The notes below the pieces were generated by a model. That model was not told where the DNA came from. It was given only the letters and a program-made list of their open reading frames with translations, and did not search any database. The translations under genes and the position numbers were made by a program. 64,000 nucleotides of DNA, taken from NCBI GenBank assembly GCA_045159875.1, contig CP067995.1, positions 256,001 to 320,000 on the forward strand, read 5' to 3'. Numbering within the stretch: position 1 is the first letter of the stretch; every line of letters begins with the position of its first letter. Source of the stretch: a cyanobacterium endosymbiont of Rhopalodia gibba (lineage in GTDB: Bacteria; Cyanobacteriota; Cyanobacteriia; Cyanobacteriales; Microcystaceae). Of this stretch, positions 20,547-32,608 are shown piece by piece.

Positions 20547-22433
20547 ATGAAAATTTCTTGGAGAACCCTATTGCTCTGGAGTCTACCACTTTTAGTAGTA
20601 GGATTTTTTCTTTGGCAAGGAACATTTTTTTCCTTCGAGACCAATATGGGAAGCAATACCGCTAATGCTCGTATGACCTACGGAAGATTCTTAGAATATC
20701 TAGATTCGGGTCGTATTCTTGAAGTTGACCTTTATGAAGGGGGAAGAACTGCAATTGTTCAAGCAGTTGATCCTGAATTAGAAAATAGAATACAGCAGTC
20801 ACGGGTGGATTTGCCTATTAATACTCCTGATTTGATAGCCAAACTAAGGAAAGCAGATGTTGCTCTCGAATCTCATCCAATTCGTAATGAAGGGGCTTTA
20901 TGGGGATTTTTAGGGAACTTACTGTTTCCCATTCTCTTGATTGGAGCATTATTCTTCCTCTTTCGTCGGTCTAATAATTTGCCAGGAGGCCCAGGTCAGG
21001 CAATGAGCTTTGGAAAATCCCGTGCTCGTTTCCAAATGGAAGCTAAAACCGACATAATGTTCGATGATGTAGCCGGTATCGACGAAGCTAAAGAAGAATT
21101 ACAAGAGGTTGTTACCTTTCTCAAACAACCTGAACGGTTTACAGCAGTCGGCGCACGAATTCCGAAAGGTGTTCTCCTAATTGGACCTCCTGGAACTGGG
21201 AAAACTTTGTTGGCAAAGGCAATTGCAGGGGAAGCAGGAGTTCCTTTCTTCAGTATTTCTGGTTCAGAATTTGTGGAAATGTTTGTCGGAGTGGGTGCTT
21301 CTCGCGTCCGTGATTTATTCAAAAAAGCCAAGGAAAATGCCCCTTGTTTAATCTTTATTGATGAAATCGATGCTGTTGGTCGTCAACGGGGTGCAGGTAT
21401 CGGTGGTGGTAACGATGAACGGGAACAGACTCTAAACCAATTACTAACAGAAATGGACGGGTTTGAAGGCAATACAGGGATTATTATCATTGCAGCCACC
21501 AACCGTCCTGATGTCCTTGATTCTGCCTTGATGCGTCCAGGTCGTTTTGACCGTCAGGTCATTGTAGATGCCCCTGACTTCAAAGGGCGAATTGAAATCC
21601 TAGAAGTTCACGCCCGCAATAAAAAACTTGATCCCGATGTGTCTATTGAGGCGATCGCTCGTCGCACCCCTGGCTTTAGTGGGGCAGATTTAGCCAACTT
21701 ACTTAATGAAGCTGCCATTTTAACTGCTCGTCGTCGAAAGGAAACAATTACCTTGTTAGAAATTGACGATGCAGTTGATCGCGTCGTAGCTGGGATGGAG
21801 GGAACTCCCCTCGTCGATAGTAAGAGTAAACGACTTATTGCCTACCATGAAGTGGGTCATGCGATTGTCGGAACTTTAGTTAAAGACCATGATCCTGTTC
21901 AGAAAGTAACTTTAATCCCCCGTGGTCAAGCGCAAGGGTTGACCTGGTTTACCCCTGCTGAAGAACAAGGGTTGACCACCAAAGCACAGCTCATGGCGCG
22001 TATTGCTGGAACGTTAGGAGGTCGTGCCGCAGAAGAAGAAGTCTTTGGCTATGATGAAACAACCACTGGTGCTGGTGGCGATTTACAGCAGGTTTCCGAG
22101 ATGGCACGGCAAATGGTGACTCGTTTTGGAATGAGTGACTTAGGACCTATCTCTTTGGAGAGTTCTTCTGGAGAGGTGTTCCTGGGAGGTGGGTTGATGA
22201 ACCGTTCAGAATATTCTGAGGAAGTGGCCATGCGAATTGATCATCAAGTTCGGACTCTTGCTAAAAAGGGACATCAATTAGCACGGCAAATCATTCGAGA
22301 TAATCGCGAAGTAATTGATCGCTTGGTAGAATTGTTAATCGAAAAAGAAACCATTGATGGTAAAGAGTTTAGGCAAATTGTGGCTGAATATACTGAAGTT
22401 CCTGAAAAGGAAAAGTTTATCCCTCAACTGTAA
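20547..22433 (+). CDS. ftsH2: ATP-dependent zinc metalloprotease FtsH (FtsH2 type)
   Basis: N-terminus [25 protein letters not shown] typical of FtsH2; [21 protein letters not shown] region, HEVGH zinc site. Confidence 0.95.
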   Translation: MKISWRTLLLWSLPLLVVGFFLWQGTFFSFETNMGSNTANARMTYGRFLEYLDSGRILEVDLYEGGRTAIVQAVDPELENRIQQSRVDLPINTPDLIAKLRKADVALESHPIRNEGALWGFLGNLLFPILLIGALFFLFRRSNNLPGGPGQAMSFGKSRARFQMEAKTDIMFDDVAGIDEAKEELQEVVTFLKQPERFTAVGARIPKGVLLIGPPGTGKTLLAKAIAGEAGVPFFSISGSEFVEMFVGVGASRVRDLFKKAKENAPCLIFIDEIDAVGRQRGAGIGGGNDEREQTLNQLLTEMDGFEGNTGIIIIAATNRPDVLDSALMRPGRFDRQVIVDAPDFKGRIEILEVHARNKKLDPDVSIEAIARRTPGFSGADLANLLNEAAILTARRRKETITLLEIDDAVDRVVAGMEGTPLVDSKSKRLIAYHEVGHAIVGTLVKDHDPVQKVTLIPRGQAQGLTWFTPAEEQGLTTKAQLMARIAGTLGGRAAEEEVFGYDETTTGAGGDLQQVSEMARQMVTRFGMSDLGPISLESSSGEVFLGGGLMNRSEYSEEVAMRIDHQVRTLAKKGHQLARQIIRDNREVIDRLVELLIEKETIDGKEFRQIVAEYTEVPEKEKFIPQL

Positions 22434-22828
22434 TCAGTTTCAAGCAACTTTAAAAATCAAACAGGAGACCCGAGTGATCGCGTCTCTTTTTCAGTTATTA
22501 ATGAAAAGTCTAATTCCTATAAAAATTGCCATAAAATTAATTTTAATTATTCTAGCCTAACTGTTACAAAGTAATAACAAAAAAGCTAAAAGTATTTGTT
22601 TATAAAAAATTTAAAATTTAAACCCCTCTATATTCATATCATAAAAGTCAATCTATTTAAAACTATGAAACATAGTTTTAAATAAAAATTTTGGAAGTTA
22701 TTAGCTATTAATTTAATCTACTTAGTTTAGAAGTTCTTTATTCTTTTGATTTTCTCGCGAAAAGAGTTCATCATTGTTTATAGATTTTCTATGTTAATAA
22801 TGAACCCTTTATTTTTAACTCAAATAGC

Positions 22829-23449
22829 CTAATCGATGATGGCATTAAGTAGCACATCAGTTAAGGACATATATTTCATATCATCCACCGTTACTGTATT
22901 GACAATATCAAACTTAGCCCCTGCTGTTCCTAGTTCATCATCTAACGCTTTGAAGAATGTGGTTACTTTTTTATCACGACCAACTTGAATTAGAGAAATG
23001 GCTAATTCTTCCCCACGATCAATTTTCTGGGATGCCTCGACAATAAGTCGAATAACCGCTTTGCGATCAGTAGGTTCCCCATCGGTGATGACAAGAAAAG
23101 TTTCCCCATTAGGTTGGGTTTTACCTGCCGCTTTACGCTCAAAATAGTTATCAAGTCCATTTTGGAGAACTGTAGCCAAGTTTGTTTGTCCCATCGGTTC
23201 GTTTTCTTCATAAATTTTAGTAACCTTATCTGGGGTCACATTGTTGTATCTTCTGAAACAACCGGAGAAAACATAAACTGTGATCCCATCAGGATCGATT
23301 TCTGCACATTTCTTAGCCAAGGCGTAAGTAGTCCCCTGAGCAATTTCCCAACGAGTCTTGCCATTGGGGTCATCAGAGGTAGCCATACTGGCACTTTTGT
23401 CGATAATCAGAGTATAGTTCCGATTTTCGATAATTGAGTCTCCTGGCAT
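22829..23449 (-). CDS. Stand-alone von Willebrand factor A domain protein
   Basis: MIDAS-like IIDKSASM, GQTNL, LVITDGEP. Confidence 0.88.
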   Translation of the reverse strand: MPGDSIIENRNYTLIIDKSASMATSDDPNGKTRWEIAQGTTYALAKKCAEIDPDGITVYVFSGCFRRYNNVTPDKVTKIYEENEPMGQTNLATVLQNGLDNYFERKAAGKTQPNGETFLVITDGEPTDRKAVIRLIVEASQKIDRGEELAISLIQVGRDKKVTTFFKALDDELGTAGAKFDIVNTVTVDDMKYMSLTDVLLNAIID

Positions 23450-23753
23450 AAAAAAAATAACCTCCTAGCATTTATCATTAGCTTTTGCCTTATAGCCTAT
23501 TATGACATTTGAGGATTTTCCCTAAAAATCCTGAATTTCATCAGAATTGATCTTGGACAACTATCAAAATTAACTTTTGTTTTTAACTTGAAAGCATTAG
23601 CAATATTAAGTCATGTTCTCTGAACATATAAACTAAAAATTGTAAAGGGATATTGCAAGATTTTATAAAAATCTTTAAATAGTAAGCTAAATCCAAATCC
23701 TAGCATTAACGTGGAGTAGAACATCAAGAGAAGATTTGCATCGGATTTCAATA

Positions 23754-24047
23754 ATGGATAAAGAAGCTCAAAATTATCGCGTGGTGTGTACCCTTGAGGA
23801 CATTTACGGTCAGATTATCATTTGGTTAATTGTTATTGTCCTCACCTTAGTTGGTAATTTAGGGTTGTGGAGTGGCACTCGTCAAATTTATACTTTGGCC
23901 ATGGTGGGACTTGCTTTAGTATTATCCTTACCATTTTTGCTTTTTGTATTTTTGACTACTCTGCTCGACCATATTGAGTTTACCCCTATGGAAGCAGCAC
24001 AAAACACTCGCTCATCTTCAAGCGGAAGCATTAAACCAGTCAATTAA
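23754..24047 (+). CDS. Small two-TM conserved cyanobacterial membrane protein
   Basis: YRVVCTL..DIYGQIIIWL followed by two hydrophobic segments; ATG 23754 preferred over TTG 23736. Confidence 0.65.
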   Translation: MDKEAQNYRVVCTLEDIYGQIIIWLIVIVLTLVGNLGLWSGTRQIYTLAMVGLALVLSLPFLLFVFLTTLLDHIEFTPMEAAQNTRSSSSGSIKPVN

Positions 24048-24427
24048 AAGCCCCCCAGAAGCTAGTAGTTAATCTTTTTAAGGAGATTGATAGAATGTGT
24101 CAAAGCATGGTGGGGTGAGGGGTAAAGACACTGGATATGTAAAATCTCTCTCGGGTTTATCTTCGTATCTATTGCATAACCCCTAAGAAGGAAAAACAGA
24201 AAGTTTTTGTTTCTCTTAATAGATCTACAATTTATTGTCGAGGACAATGAAAGTGTTTGAAAGACTTTGATAGCAGCCTTCTTGATTTCTTTTTATTCTA
24301 AAGTTGAGAGAGACAGAGGCGGTTAAACTTAGGAATCTTATTTAGGTGTGGTGTTTAAAAGAAGTATCTTGAGGAGCTAGGCGAGTAAAGTCGCTGAGGA
24401 GTTTTTTATAAACATTAGGTAAAAAAT

Positions 24428-24808
24428 ATGGATCTTTGTAAGAGTTTAACTCACTCAATAAAAATTTGCATGGGGATACTTGTTTTGGGAATAGGAGCAA
24501 TATCAAGTTCCATCTCTACGCTTGCTCAAGAGGAGATTATTACTGACCCTAGACCCCTCGAAATTCATACCGGAACTATTCAAGATTTAGACGGAACTGA
24601 GTCAAAAACCCCCGAAGAATGGTTGGGGGGTGTTGGCGGGCGATATGCAGCTGCCGAGGGCACTCGTGGAGAACTGACTCAATATCAATTTGACCGAACC
24701 GTCTACAAAGCTAAAACAGAAGCTCTCGATATCACCTTAGAAGAACATGATTCCCATTTAGGAGATGTGGAACGTCCGACACGAAGAATTCCTTTAATTC
24801 AATTTTAA
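24428..24808 (+). CDS. Hypothetical exported protein
   Basis: 126-aa ORF with a signal-peptide-like N-terminus ending TLA-QE and an acidic mature part. Confidence 0.6.
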   Translation: MDLCKSLTHSIKICMGILVLGIGAISSSISTLAQEEIITDPRPLEIHTGTIQDLDGTESKTPEEWLGGVGGRYAAAEGTRGELTQYQFDRTVYKAKTEALDITLEEHDSHLGDVERPTRRIPLIQF

Positions 24809-25710
24809 AAGTTGTATTGGTCGCTTTTAAAATCTCGCCCTTTGTGGCGAATAGTTTTTGGGGCGGGGCTAAATTAAATCCCCGTTACAAAGGCCATTTC
24901 TAGGTTAGTGACTTAGTGTTGTCTTTATGGATTAGAGATGATCGCTTTTTGTTAAGGTAAAATTTTTAGGCTGGGCTTTAAAAGATAGCTAATAATGTTT
25001 CTCAACAACTTTGATGGTCAAGAGATTAATGACAGTCTTATTAATTCAAAATCCACTGTATATTAAGTCTTCTTATTAAGACCTGGAAAATAACGATAAC
25101 GGTAACTAATTAAGTATAGGTGATTGGAGTCTTTGCAATGGTTTCTACTAATTGGTTGACTTTAAGAGTTATGTATGAAAAAATTAAGTTAAGTGTGAAT
25201 TCTTTAGAATAGATAGATAAAACACTATATATGGGTCTACCTCAAGATTGTCAAATAATGACTAAAGATATTGGACAATAAGGGGACTAGATTTGATTAT
25301 ACTGAATTGATCATGTGGAATTAACTAATAAAATGTCAAATCAATAAACTTAAAATTTTAAAATTAGCGAAATTACTAAATCCATAGGCTCTTCTTTTAA
25401 TTTACTTCAATTTATCCTCAATATTTTCCATTATTCTTTGGTAAAAATAGACAATAATCATTCCACAGCTTTTTGATATCAATCAACTAATTTTAGTAGC
25501 CCCGATATCTAGTTTTGATTTTTTTTGAAAATTGTTTTGAATTATTCTTCTATTTAAGTGATGTATTTTAAGTTCAGATATAAAACTTACTAGCATATTA
25601 TTCAAGTAAAAATTATGGCTTTTGATTAACTCATTATTGACAATAGAACTTGTTTTAGTATTAAAATCTTGACATAACAAGTCAAGATAAGATTATTTAT
25701 TTAAGCTTAA

Positions 25711-27381
25711 CTAAGCAGGTGGACGACTATTTTTATCAGAAGAATCATGAGTCAACCAAAGTTTTTGTTGACGTATAGGAAGGGGTAGGCCTTGGCTATC
25801 AAAAGCTACTTTTAAACGACGGCGAAACTCCCGTGAAACATTCCATTGTTTAAGGGGTCTGGTTTTAATCCAAACTCTAATAATTAATCCCCATTCTTCA
25901 AAATTATCTACTCCTAAAATCTCAGGATTATCTAAAATATCGGTTTTCCAAAACTTATCTTGAGTCATGTCTTGAGCAACTTCATCAACTACCTTTAATG
26001 CTTGATCTATATCAGTTTCATAAGCAACTGGTATCATTAAATCAGCCCTCGACCACTTGCTAGAAAGATTAGCAACAATTCTAACTTCACTATTAGGAAC
26101 AGTAACCAATCTCCCTGCTGGATCACGAAGTTGAGTAATTCTTAAATTAATATTTTCTACCAACCCAGAAAAATCTCCAACCTCAATAACATCTCCTATT
26201 GCATATTGATCTTCAATAATAATGAAAAAACCATTAATTGCATCCCTAATTAAGTTTTGAGAGGCTAAAGAAACGCCTACACCCAAAATTCCAACCCCTG
26301 CTAATAAGGGAGCAATGTTAATTCCAATCGCTGATAAAGCGACAAGAATTCCTATTACCATTAAAATAATAGTAATAATACTGCGAGAAACAAGAGAAAT
26401 TGTTGTCAATCGTAAGTGTAATCTTTGATTCGATTCGACGGCTACAGCTAGTAAATCTTGATTAAATAAAATAGAACTGAATTTATCAATGAGAGCATAA
26501 CTTATACGAATTATTAAATAAGTTACTAAACTTACTATTCCTATTCTAATTGGGATTCTCAAAAAAGTAATCAGCCATATTTTTCCAATACGTGTATAGG
26601 GGAATAGTCCTATAATTACTAACATTCCGGCGAACCATATTCCTCCTTGAGTAATCTGTAAAAGTCGGTATTGAACTTCTTTAATATTCCATTGTTCTCG
26701 CCGAATTAAAAGAGTAGAAATTGGCTGACCACTTCTAGATTTAGAAACTCTATCTTTAGAAGAACTCAACTGTTTTATTAGGCGAGATAGAAGAAGATTA
26801 ATAATTAGCAGTGACCCCACAATAGCCGCCGATATAAGCCCTTTTTTAACTAAGTAAATGCTTTCTCGCTCTTTCTTACCACGTTTTAATCCCTGTTCTA
26901 ATTGCTCAATTATAAAGTTAGCCTTCGTTGCTATGTCAACTCCTTCATTCTTCATATCTAAAGCTGTAACAGTCATCAGGCGGATTTCTTGTCCATCAAT
27001 AGTTACACTAATATTAGGAAGCTTGTTTATCGTTTTTCTTTCAATTATAGCTTCGGGATCTTTTTGAGAAAAATAAAGATGACTAATTTCTTTCAAGCGG
27101 TCTTGAATAAGACCAACTCTTTCAGAAACATTCTCTTGTGGTGCAGTTACTTGAAACAGACAAATTCCATCCAGTCTAATACAAACAGATACCTCAGCAT
27201 TCTTCTCAGACTGAGGCAACCAATTATTGGTATTCGTCAAATCAGGAAAAATAAAAACTTGAGCCTTAACAGGTAATGTAATAAGACAAATAAGGAGAAT
27301 ACCTAAGAACACATTAACATACTTTTTTCGTAATATATTTTTTGCTAGTATTATAAACTTTTTAATTTTATTTAGATGCAT
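25711..27381 (-). CDS. Small-conductance mechanosensitive channel (MscS family) with N-terminal extension
   Basis: GVGVSLASQNLIRDAINGFFIIIEDQYAIGDVI, GLVENINLRITQLRD, VPNSEV. Confidence 0.92.
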   Translation of the reverse strand: MHLNKIKKFIILAKNILRKKYVNVFLGILLICLITLPVKAQVFIFPDLTNTNNWLPQSEKNAEVSVCIRLDGICLFQVTAPQENVSERVGLIQDRLKEISHLYFSQKDPEAIIERKTINKLPNISVTIDGQEIRLMTVTALDMKNEGVDIATKANFIIEQLEQGLKRGKKERESIYLVKKGLISAAIVGSLLIINLLLSRLIKQLSSSKDRVSKSRSGQPISTLLIRREQWNIKEVQYRLLQITQGGIWFAGMLVIIGLFPYTRIGKIWLITFLRIPIRIGIVSLVTYLIIRISYALIDKFSSILFNQDLLAVAVESNQRLHLRLTTISLVSRSIITIILMVIGILVALSAIGINIAPLLAGVGILGVGVSLASQNLIRDAINGFFIIIEDQYAIGDVIEVGDFSGLVENINLRITQLRDPAGRLVTVPNSEVRIVANLSSKWSRADLMIPVAYETDIDQALKVVDEVAQDMTQDKFWKTDILDNPEILGVDNFEEWGLIIRVWIKTRPLKQWNVSREFRRRLKVAFDSQGLPLPIRQQKLWLTHDSSDKNSRPPA

Positions 27382-27833
27382 ATCAATTATGTAGTTACTA
27401 ATAAAGTAAAATATTCTTGTGAGTAAAAATAATTAATAGCTACAACAACTAATTTCGTAAGACAATTGACAGAAAATGTTAAAGGTCAAAAGTACACAAC
27501 ATAAACCAAGGACGAGTTAGTTCTTCTATACTGTGCATCGCAAATCAGTAGCTAATCATTTCTTAACTTAATTATCCTGAGTGCACACTGTCACTTCAAA
27601 AACTCGAACTTAACTTTATTTAAATAAAAGTTAAGTCGTTACAATTTCGGAAGATTCTCAATAAGAGATTTTTGGTCTTTTATTGCTATCAGTCATCCAT
27701 CACAATGATCCTATCACAGCTAATCCAGGAGATCCAATAAATTTAAAGGTTAATATTCGTAAATCGTCACTACAGAGACCTCGTCTTTGGATGATAAGCT
27801 GACAGGTGCACCAAAATTATTAGGGAAGCTGCG

Positions 27834-28898
27834 ATGACTCAAGCAACAGAAATACCGTATTTGCTCCGTGCAGCGCGGGGCGAAGTGTTAGGACGTCCCC
27901 CTGTTTGGATGATGCGACAGGCAGGACGTTATATGAAAGTTTATCGGGACTTACGGGATAAATATCCTAGTTTTCGTGATAGATCAGAAAATGCTGAGTT
28001 AGCGATTGAAATTTCCCTACAACCCTGGCGAGCATTTCGACCTGATGGGGTCATCATGTTCTCTGATATTTTAACCCCTCTCCCTGGATTGGGTATTCCC
28101 TTTGAGATTCCTGAAAGTAAGGGACCGATAATTGATTCTCCAATTCGGACTCAAGAACAGATTGATAACCTCCATCCCTTTGATCCTGAAACCTCTCTAC
28201 CTTTTATTAAAACCATTTTGCAAGCCCTACGACAAGAAGTGGGTAATCAATCAACGGTTTTGGGATTTGTAGGTGGGCCTTGGACTTTAGCCGCTTATGC
28301 CATTGAAGGAAAAAGTTCTAAAAGTTATGCGATTATCAAAGCTATAGCTTTTTCTAGACCGTCTATCCTCCATCAATTCTTGAGTAAAATAGCTAATGCG
28401 ATTGCCATCTATATTCGTTATCAAATCGACTGTGGAGCGCAGGTAGTGCAATTGTTCGATTCTTGGGCAGGACAATTAACCCCCCAAGATTATGAAGTAT
28501 TCGCTCTCCCCTATCAACAGGAGGTAATACGTCAAGTAAAACAAACCCATCCTGATACACCTCTTATTCTTTATGTGAGCGGCAGTGCAGGAGTTCTTGA
28601 GCGGATGGTAAAGTCAAGGGTAGATGTGGTCAGTATAGATTGGACTGTGGATATGGCTGAAGCTAGACAACGGTTAGGGTCTAATATTAAAGTGCAGGGC
28701 AATATTGATCCTGGGGTTTTATTTGGATCTAAAGAATTTATCCATAGTCGTATCCTTGATACAGTTCGTAAAGCCGGAAAAGTTGGACATATTTTGAATT
28801 TAGGCCATGGCGTTTTAGTTGGAACCCCTGAAGATAATGTGCGTTACTTCTTTGAAACTGCTAAGCAAGTCGATAAGTTATCAGCTGTTCCAGTTTAA
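27834..28898 (+). CDS. hemE: Uroporphyrinogen decarboxylase
   Basis: [42 protein letters not shown]. Confidence 0.97.
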   Translation: MTQATEIPYLLRAARGEVLGRPPVWMMRQAGRYMKVYRDLRDKYPSFRDRSENAELAIEISLQPWRAFRPDGVIMFSDILTPLPGLGIPFEIPESKGPIIDSPIRTQEQIDNLHPFDPETSLPFIKTILQALRQEVGNQSTVLGFVGGPWTLAAYAIEGKSSKSYAIIKAIAFSRPSILHQFLSKIANAIAIYIRYQIDCGAQVVQLFDSWAGQLTPQDYEVFALPYQQEVIRQVKQTHPDTPLILYVSGSAGVLERMVKSRVDVVSIDWTVDMAEARQRLGSNIKVQGNIDPGVLFGSKEFIHSRILDTVRKAGKVGHILNLGHGVLVGTPEDNVRYFFETAKQVDKLSAVPV

Positions 28899-28934
28899 TT
28901 GATAAATTTGTCTATCCCCTATTAAAGTTTGTGC

Positions 28935-29340
28935 AAACAAGGTCTACGTACTCTAGTCATGAGACTTAGTTTAACTGTCTTTAGACGGAGTAAAAACTGT
29001 GCTACTATCGGAATACGGTGGTGCACTCAAGGTCCTTATCAGTGTTTTTTAACCAAAAATTCGTAAGGTTCTGTGCTTAAGATAGCTGGTGGGTTTATTC
29101 TGTAGACGTTTTCTCAAGATAGATAGTCCCTTGGGGCTGCTGTGCCCAGTTGGATAAAGCAACAGTAGTGGCAGGTCTGGTTAATCCGGGCTGTTAAACG
29201 ATCTGAAAAGAGTGTACATTGAGTATGCAGTCTGCTGTAGAGCAGTCGGTGGATTTTAAACCAAAATGTTTAATGTTTGTGGATTCGGTCTAGCAGAGAC
29301 ATAGTTTAAGAAGATTCTATTTTTTTTGTGGGAGTGTCAA
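28935..29340 (+). mobile_element. Eroded non-autonomous IS200/IS605-type element (no ORF; ends and omega-RNA-like region only)
   Basis: ORF-less island GC-richer than its flanks. It ends in aagaagattctat...gtgggagtgtcaa (29309-29340), a decayed form of the IS605 right end gaagaatcccc...ggggagtgtcaa, with the TCAA terminus. Assignment is from remembered pattern only. Confidence 0.5.
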
Positions 29341-29407
29341 AATCAATTGACACTGGTGAGGGGGATTGTAAATTTCTTTTCCCTCAAGGTTAACGGTCGA
29401 TCACAAA

Positions 29408-30376
29408 ATGATACCAATGAAACGAATTTTTTTGACAGGTGCGAGTGGTTGTATTGGTCATTACATCACAGAAGCTTTAATCCAAGAAACGGCTCATGAG
29501 CTTTTTTTGTTAGTCAGAAATCCCGAAAAACTACAAGTGGATTACAAGGCTCGTCCTAATATTCATCTTTTAAGAGGAGATTTAGAAAGTGTTGGTAAAT
29601 TCAAGGAATTACTAAAAACTATTAATATTGCTATTTTAGCTGCAACCAGTTGGGGAGGGATTCAAGAATCTTATGAGATTAATGTTGTTAGGATGTTGGA
29701 ATTAATTAACTCATTTGATATTGAAATATGTGAACAAATTATTTATTTTTCTACCGCAAGTATTTTAGATAAAAATAATCAGCTTCTTGCTGAAGCTGGG
29801 GAATTAGGTACTAATTATATTAGCACTAAACACACCTGTTATACTAAACTTCCTTATTTACCCATTGCAAAAAAAATCACTACTGTTTTTCCTACATTGG
29901 TATTTGGAGGCGAAGAAAATAAACCTTTTTCTCATTTATCTGGGGGATTTTCTGATGTCGTCAAATGGATTGACTTAATTCGTTGGTTTAAAGCGGATGG
30001 AAGTTTTCATTATATTCATGCTAAAGACATCGCTCAAGTTATTAAATATTTAGTTGAGCATCCCTCTAGTGAGTCTAAGATTAAACAGTTAGTGTTAGGA
30101 AACAAGGCAATTACAGTTGATGAAGCAATTACTCAAATTTGTACTTACCTTAATAAAAGAATCTATTTTCGCATTCCTTTGAATATTGCCTTAATAAATC
30201 TCTTTACTGCTATTTTTCGATTAAAGATGGAGGATTGGGATCGCTTCTCAATTAATTATCGCCATTTTGTTTATAAAGCACCTGTAACTCCAGCAACCTT
30301 TGGATTAGAAAATTACTGTACAACTGTAGATGATATTTTAAGGTTAAATGGAATTCCTAAAAAGACAAATACATAA
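29408..30376 (+). CDS. NAD-dependent epimerase/dehydratase (extended SDR)
   Basis: Rossmann motif IFLTGASGCIG; YxxxK as YISTK; lies downstream of hemE as commonly seen in cyanobacteria. Confidence 0.88.
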   Translation: MIPMKRIFLTGASGCIGHYITEALIQETAHELFLLVRNPEKLQVDYKARPNIHLLRGDLESVGKFKELLKTINIAILAATSWGGIQESYEINVVRMLELINSFDIEICEQIIYFSTASILDKNNQLLAEAGELGTNYISTKHTCYTKLPYLPIAKKITTVFPTLVFGGEENKPFSHLSGGFSDVVKWIDLIRWFKADGSFHYIHAKDIAQVIKYLVEHPSSESKIKQLVLGNKAITVDEAITQICTYLNKRIYFRIPLNIALINLFTAIFRLKMEDWDRFSINYRHFVYKAPVTPATFGLENYCTTVDDILRLNGIPKKTNT

Positions 30377-30721
30377 AAACAAATTAATAGACCCTAGGAT
30401 AAGTAAATGCAATAGCTATTTTGGTTGATTATGTATGTCCCAAATTTCTGCTCACCCTACAAGGAGATGGGACACCAAGGGTAATTGTCTAGCTTATCGT
30501 ACCATTCTAACCCAACAGAGGATGCTGCGTTTAGCTGATTTGACTGGTGGGTTCTTCAGAACAAGCTGTTAATCTAACCTGTAATAGAAACAAAAATCTT
30601 CTTTAGGTTTAAGCAATAGAACTGAATCTAACGAACTAAGAATTCACCTTAATCGGAAATTTAGTTAATCATAATTGAATAAGGAAATGGTAAATTCTTG
30701 ACCCTAACTTTTCTAACCACA

Positions 30722-32152
30722 ATGTCTCAACCCAACTTTGACAATTATTGGAATTCTGATGACTTAGAGCAAACAATTCTTAGTTTTAAAGCGATTCAGG
30801 AGGAAATTAACTATAAAAAAGCTCAAAATACAATGAGAGGGCTAGTTAATCATCTCGACTTAACCACATCTGAAGAAGTGGAATTAGAAACCGAATTAAA
30901 TCATCTAACGGCAATGTTAGAAAAATTAGATCAATCTGTGGTACAAATAGCTGCTTTTGGGATGGTGGGACGGGGAAAGTCTTCGGTTTTAAACTCCCTT
31001 TTAGGTCAAGCAATTTTTGAAACAGGACCCTTACATGGGGTAACAAAAACTGTTGATAATGCTAACTGGCAATTAAACTCGGATGACACCCATAAGGAAG
31101 TTCAAAGACTGAAATTGTCAGGGTGGGAAAATTCCCAAATACAGTTAATTGATACTCCTGGAATTGATGAAGTGGGTGGTAAAAACCGTGAAGCATTAGC
31201 TCATGAGATAGCTAGGCAGGTAGATTTAATCCTATTTATTATCGCCGGAGACATGACTAATGTGGAATACGAGACCTTATGTCAGTTACGGGAAGTGGGA
31301 AAACCGATGATTTTAGCTTTTAACAAAATTGATCAGTATCCTGAAGCTGATCGCTTGGCAATTTATCAAAAAATTCGGGATGATAGGGTAAAAGAGTTGT
31401 TATCTCCCGATGAAATTGTGATGGTTGCTGCTTCTCCTCTAGTGACGGAAATGATAAGAAATCAGGAAGGGAGCTTAAAAAAGCAACGGAGGCGAGGAAA
31501 ACCGCAAGTTGAAGCCCTTAAATTAAAAATTCTTGAAATTTTGCATCGAGAGGGAAAGTCTCTAGTAGCTCTAAATACAATGCTGTATGCCTCAGAAGTC
31601 AATGAACAAATTGTGAAACGAAAGCTGGTAATCCGAGGAGAGGCAGCTAATCAATTAATTCAGAAGGCAGTGATGGCTAAAGCTGTAGCGATTGCTCTTA
31701 ACCCTGTGACGGTAGTCGATTTATTGACAGGGGCAGTGGTGGATGTGGCGATGATTTTGTCCTTGTCTCGATTATATGGAGTAGATATGACTCAACAAGG
31801 AGCAATCGCTTTGCTGCAAAAAATTGGGGTAAGTATGGGGGGTATTACTGGAAGTGAATTTGTGGCTTCTTTTGGCTTGAGTTCTCTTAAAAGTTTATTA
31901 GGACTGGCTACACCAATCACGGGAGGTATTTCTTTGCTACCATATTTTTCTGTGGCTATTACTCAAGGTGGTGTTGCCGGGGCGTCGTGTTATGCTCTTG
32001 GACAGGTAACAAAACGTTATTTAGCTAATGGGGCTTCCTGGGGTCCTGAAGGTCCAAAGACAGTGGTTAAAAGCATCCTATCATCTTTAGATCAGTCCTC
32101 TATTCTAAATCGAATTAAGTGGGAATTGGGAGCAAAATTGAAACGGAGTTAG
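30722..32152 (+). CDS. Era-like GTP-binding protein with DUF697 C-terminal domain
   Basis: GMVGRGKSS, DTPG, NKID; hydrophobic DUF697-like C-terminus (SWGPEGPK). ATG 30722 preferred over TTG 30698. Confidence 0.88.
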   Translation: MSQPNFDNYWNSDDLEQTILSFKAIQEEINYKKAQNTMRGLVNHLDLTTSEEVELETELNHLTAMLEKLDQSVVQIAAFGMVGRGKSSVLNSLLGQAIFETGPLHGVTKTVDNANWQLNSDDTHKEVQRLKLSGWENSQIQLIDTPGIDEVGGKNREALAHEIARQVDLILFIIAGDMTNVEYETLCQLREVGKPMILAFNKIDQYPEADRLAIYQKIRDDRVKELLSPDEIVMVAASPLVTEMIRNQEGSLKKQRRRGKPQVEALKLKILEILHREGKSLVALNTMLYASEVNEQIVKRKLVIRGEAANQLIQKAVMAKAVAIALNPVTVVDLLTGAVVDVAMILSLSRLYGVDMTQQGAIALLQKIGVSMGGITGSEFVASFGLSSLKSLLGLATPITGGISLLPYFSVAITQGGVAGASCYALGQVTKRYLANGASWGPEGPKTVVKSILSSLDQSSILNRIKWELGAKLKRS

Positions 32153-32608
32153 TCGTTGAAAGCGTTATTTTTTTAGTTGTTGAGAATAACAAAAGTGTTT
32201 TTAAATCTCGTCGAACTTACGTTCATAAAACTGAATGTGGCGAATCAATTTTGTTAGTTAACGTTCATTAAATTTATTAATGGAGTGGTTATCTGTCAAG
32301 TTTTTTCTGATTTATTTATCATAATTACATCCTTTGTCATGTATAAAGTAGTCGGAGTTTAGGGAATCACGCTTTTCTACAAGGAAATTCTTAGAACAGT
32401 TGGAGTGATCGCTTCTGCAACAGTTTCCCTATTACAAGCTTCCTATCAAGATTAACTTTTTCTGAGTCGTTACTAGACAGAATTGTAGCTGTAGCAGTAT
32501 TTGCAACTTTATTAAAACACTAAACTTCTACTCGAATTTTAGTTCCTTTTAGGGACACAATAGGAGTTCCATGTTGTTCGTTCTTAATTTTTTCATGTTT
32601 TTCTCAGT

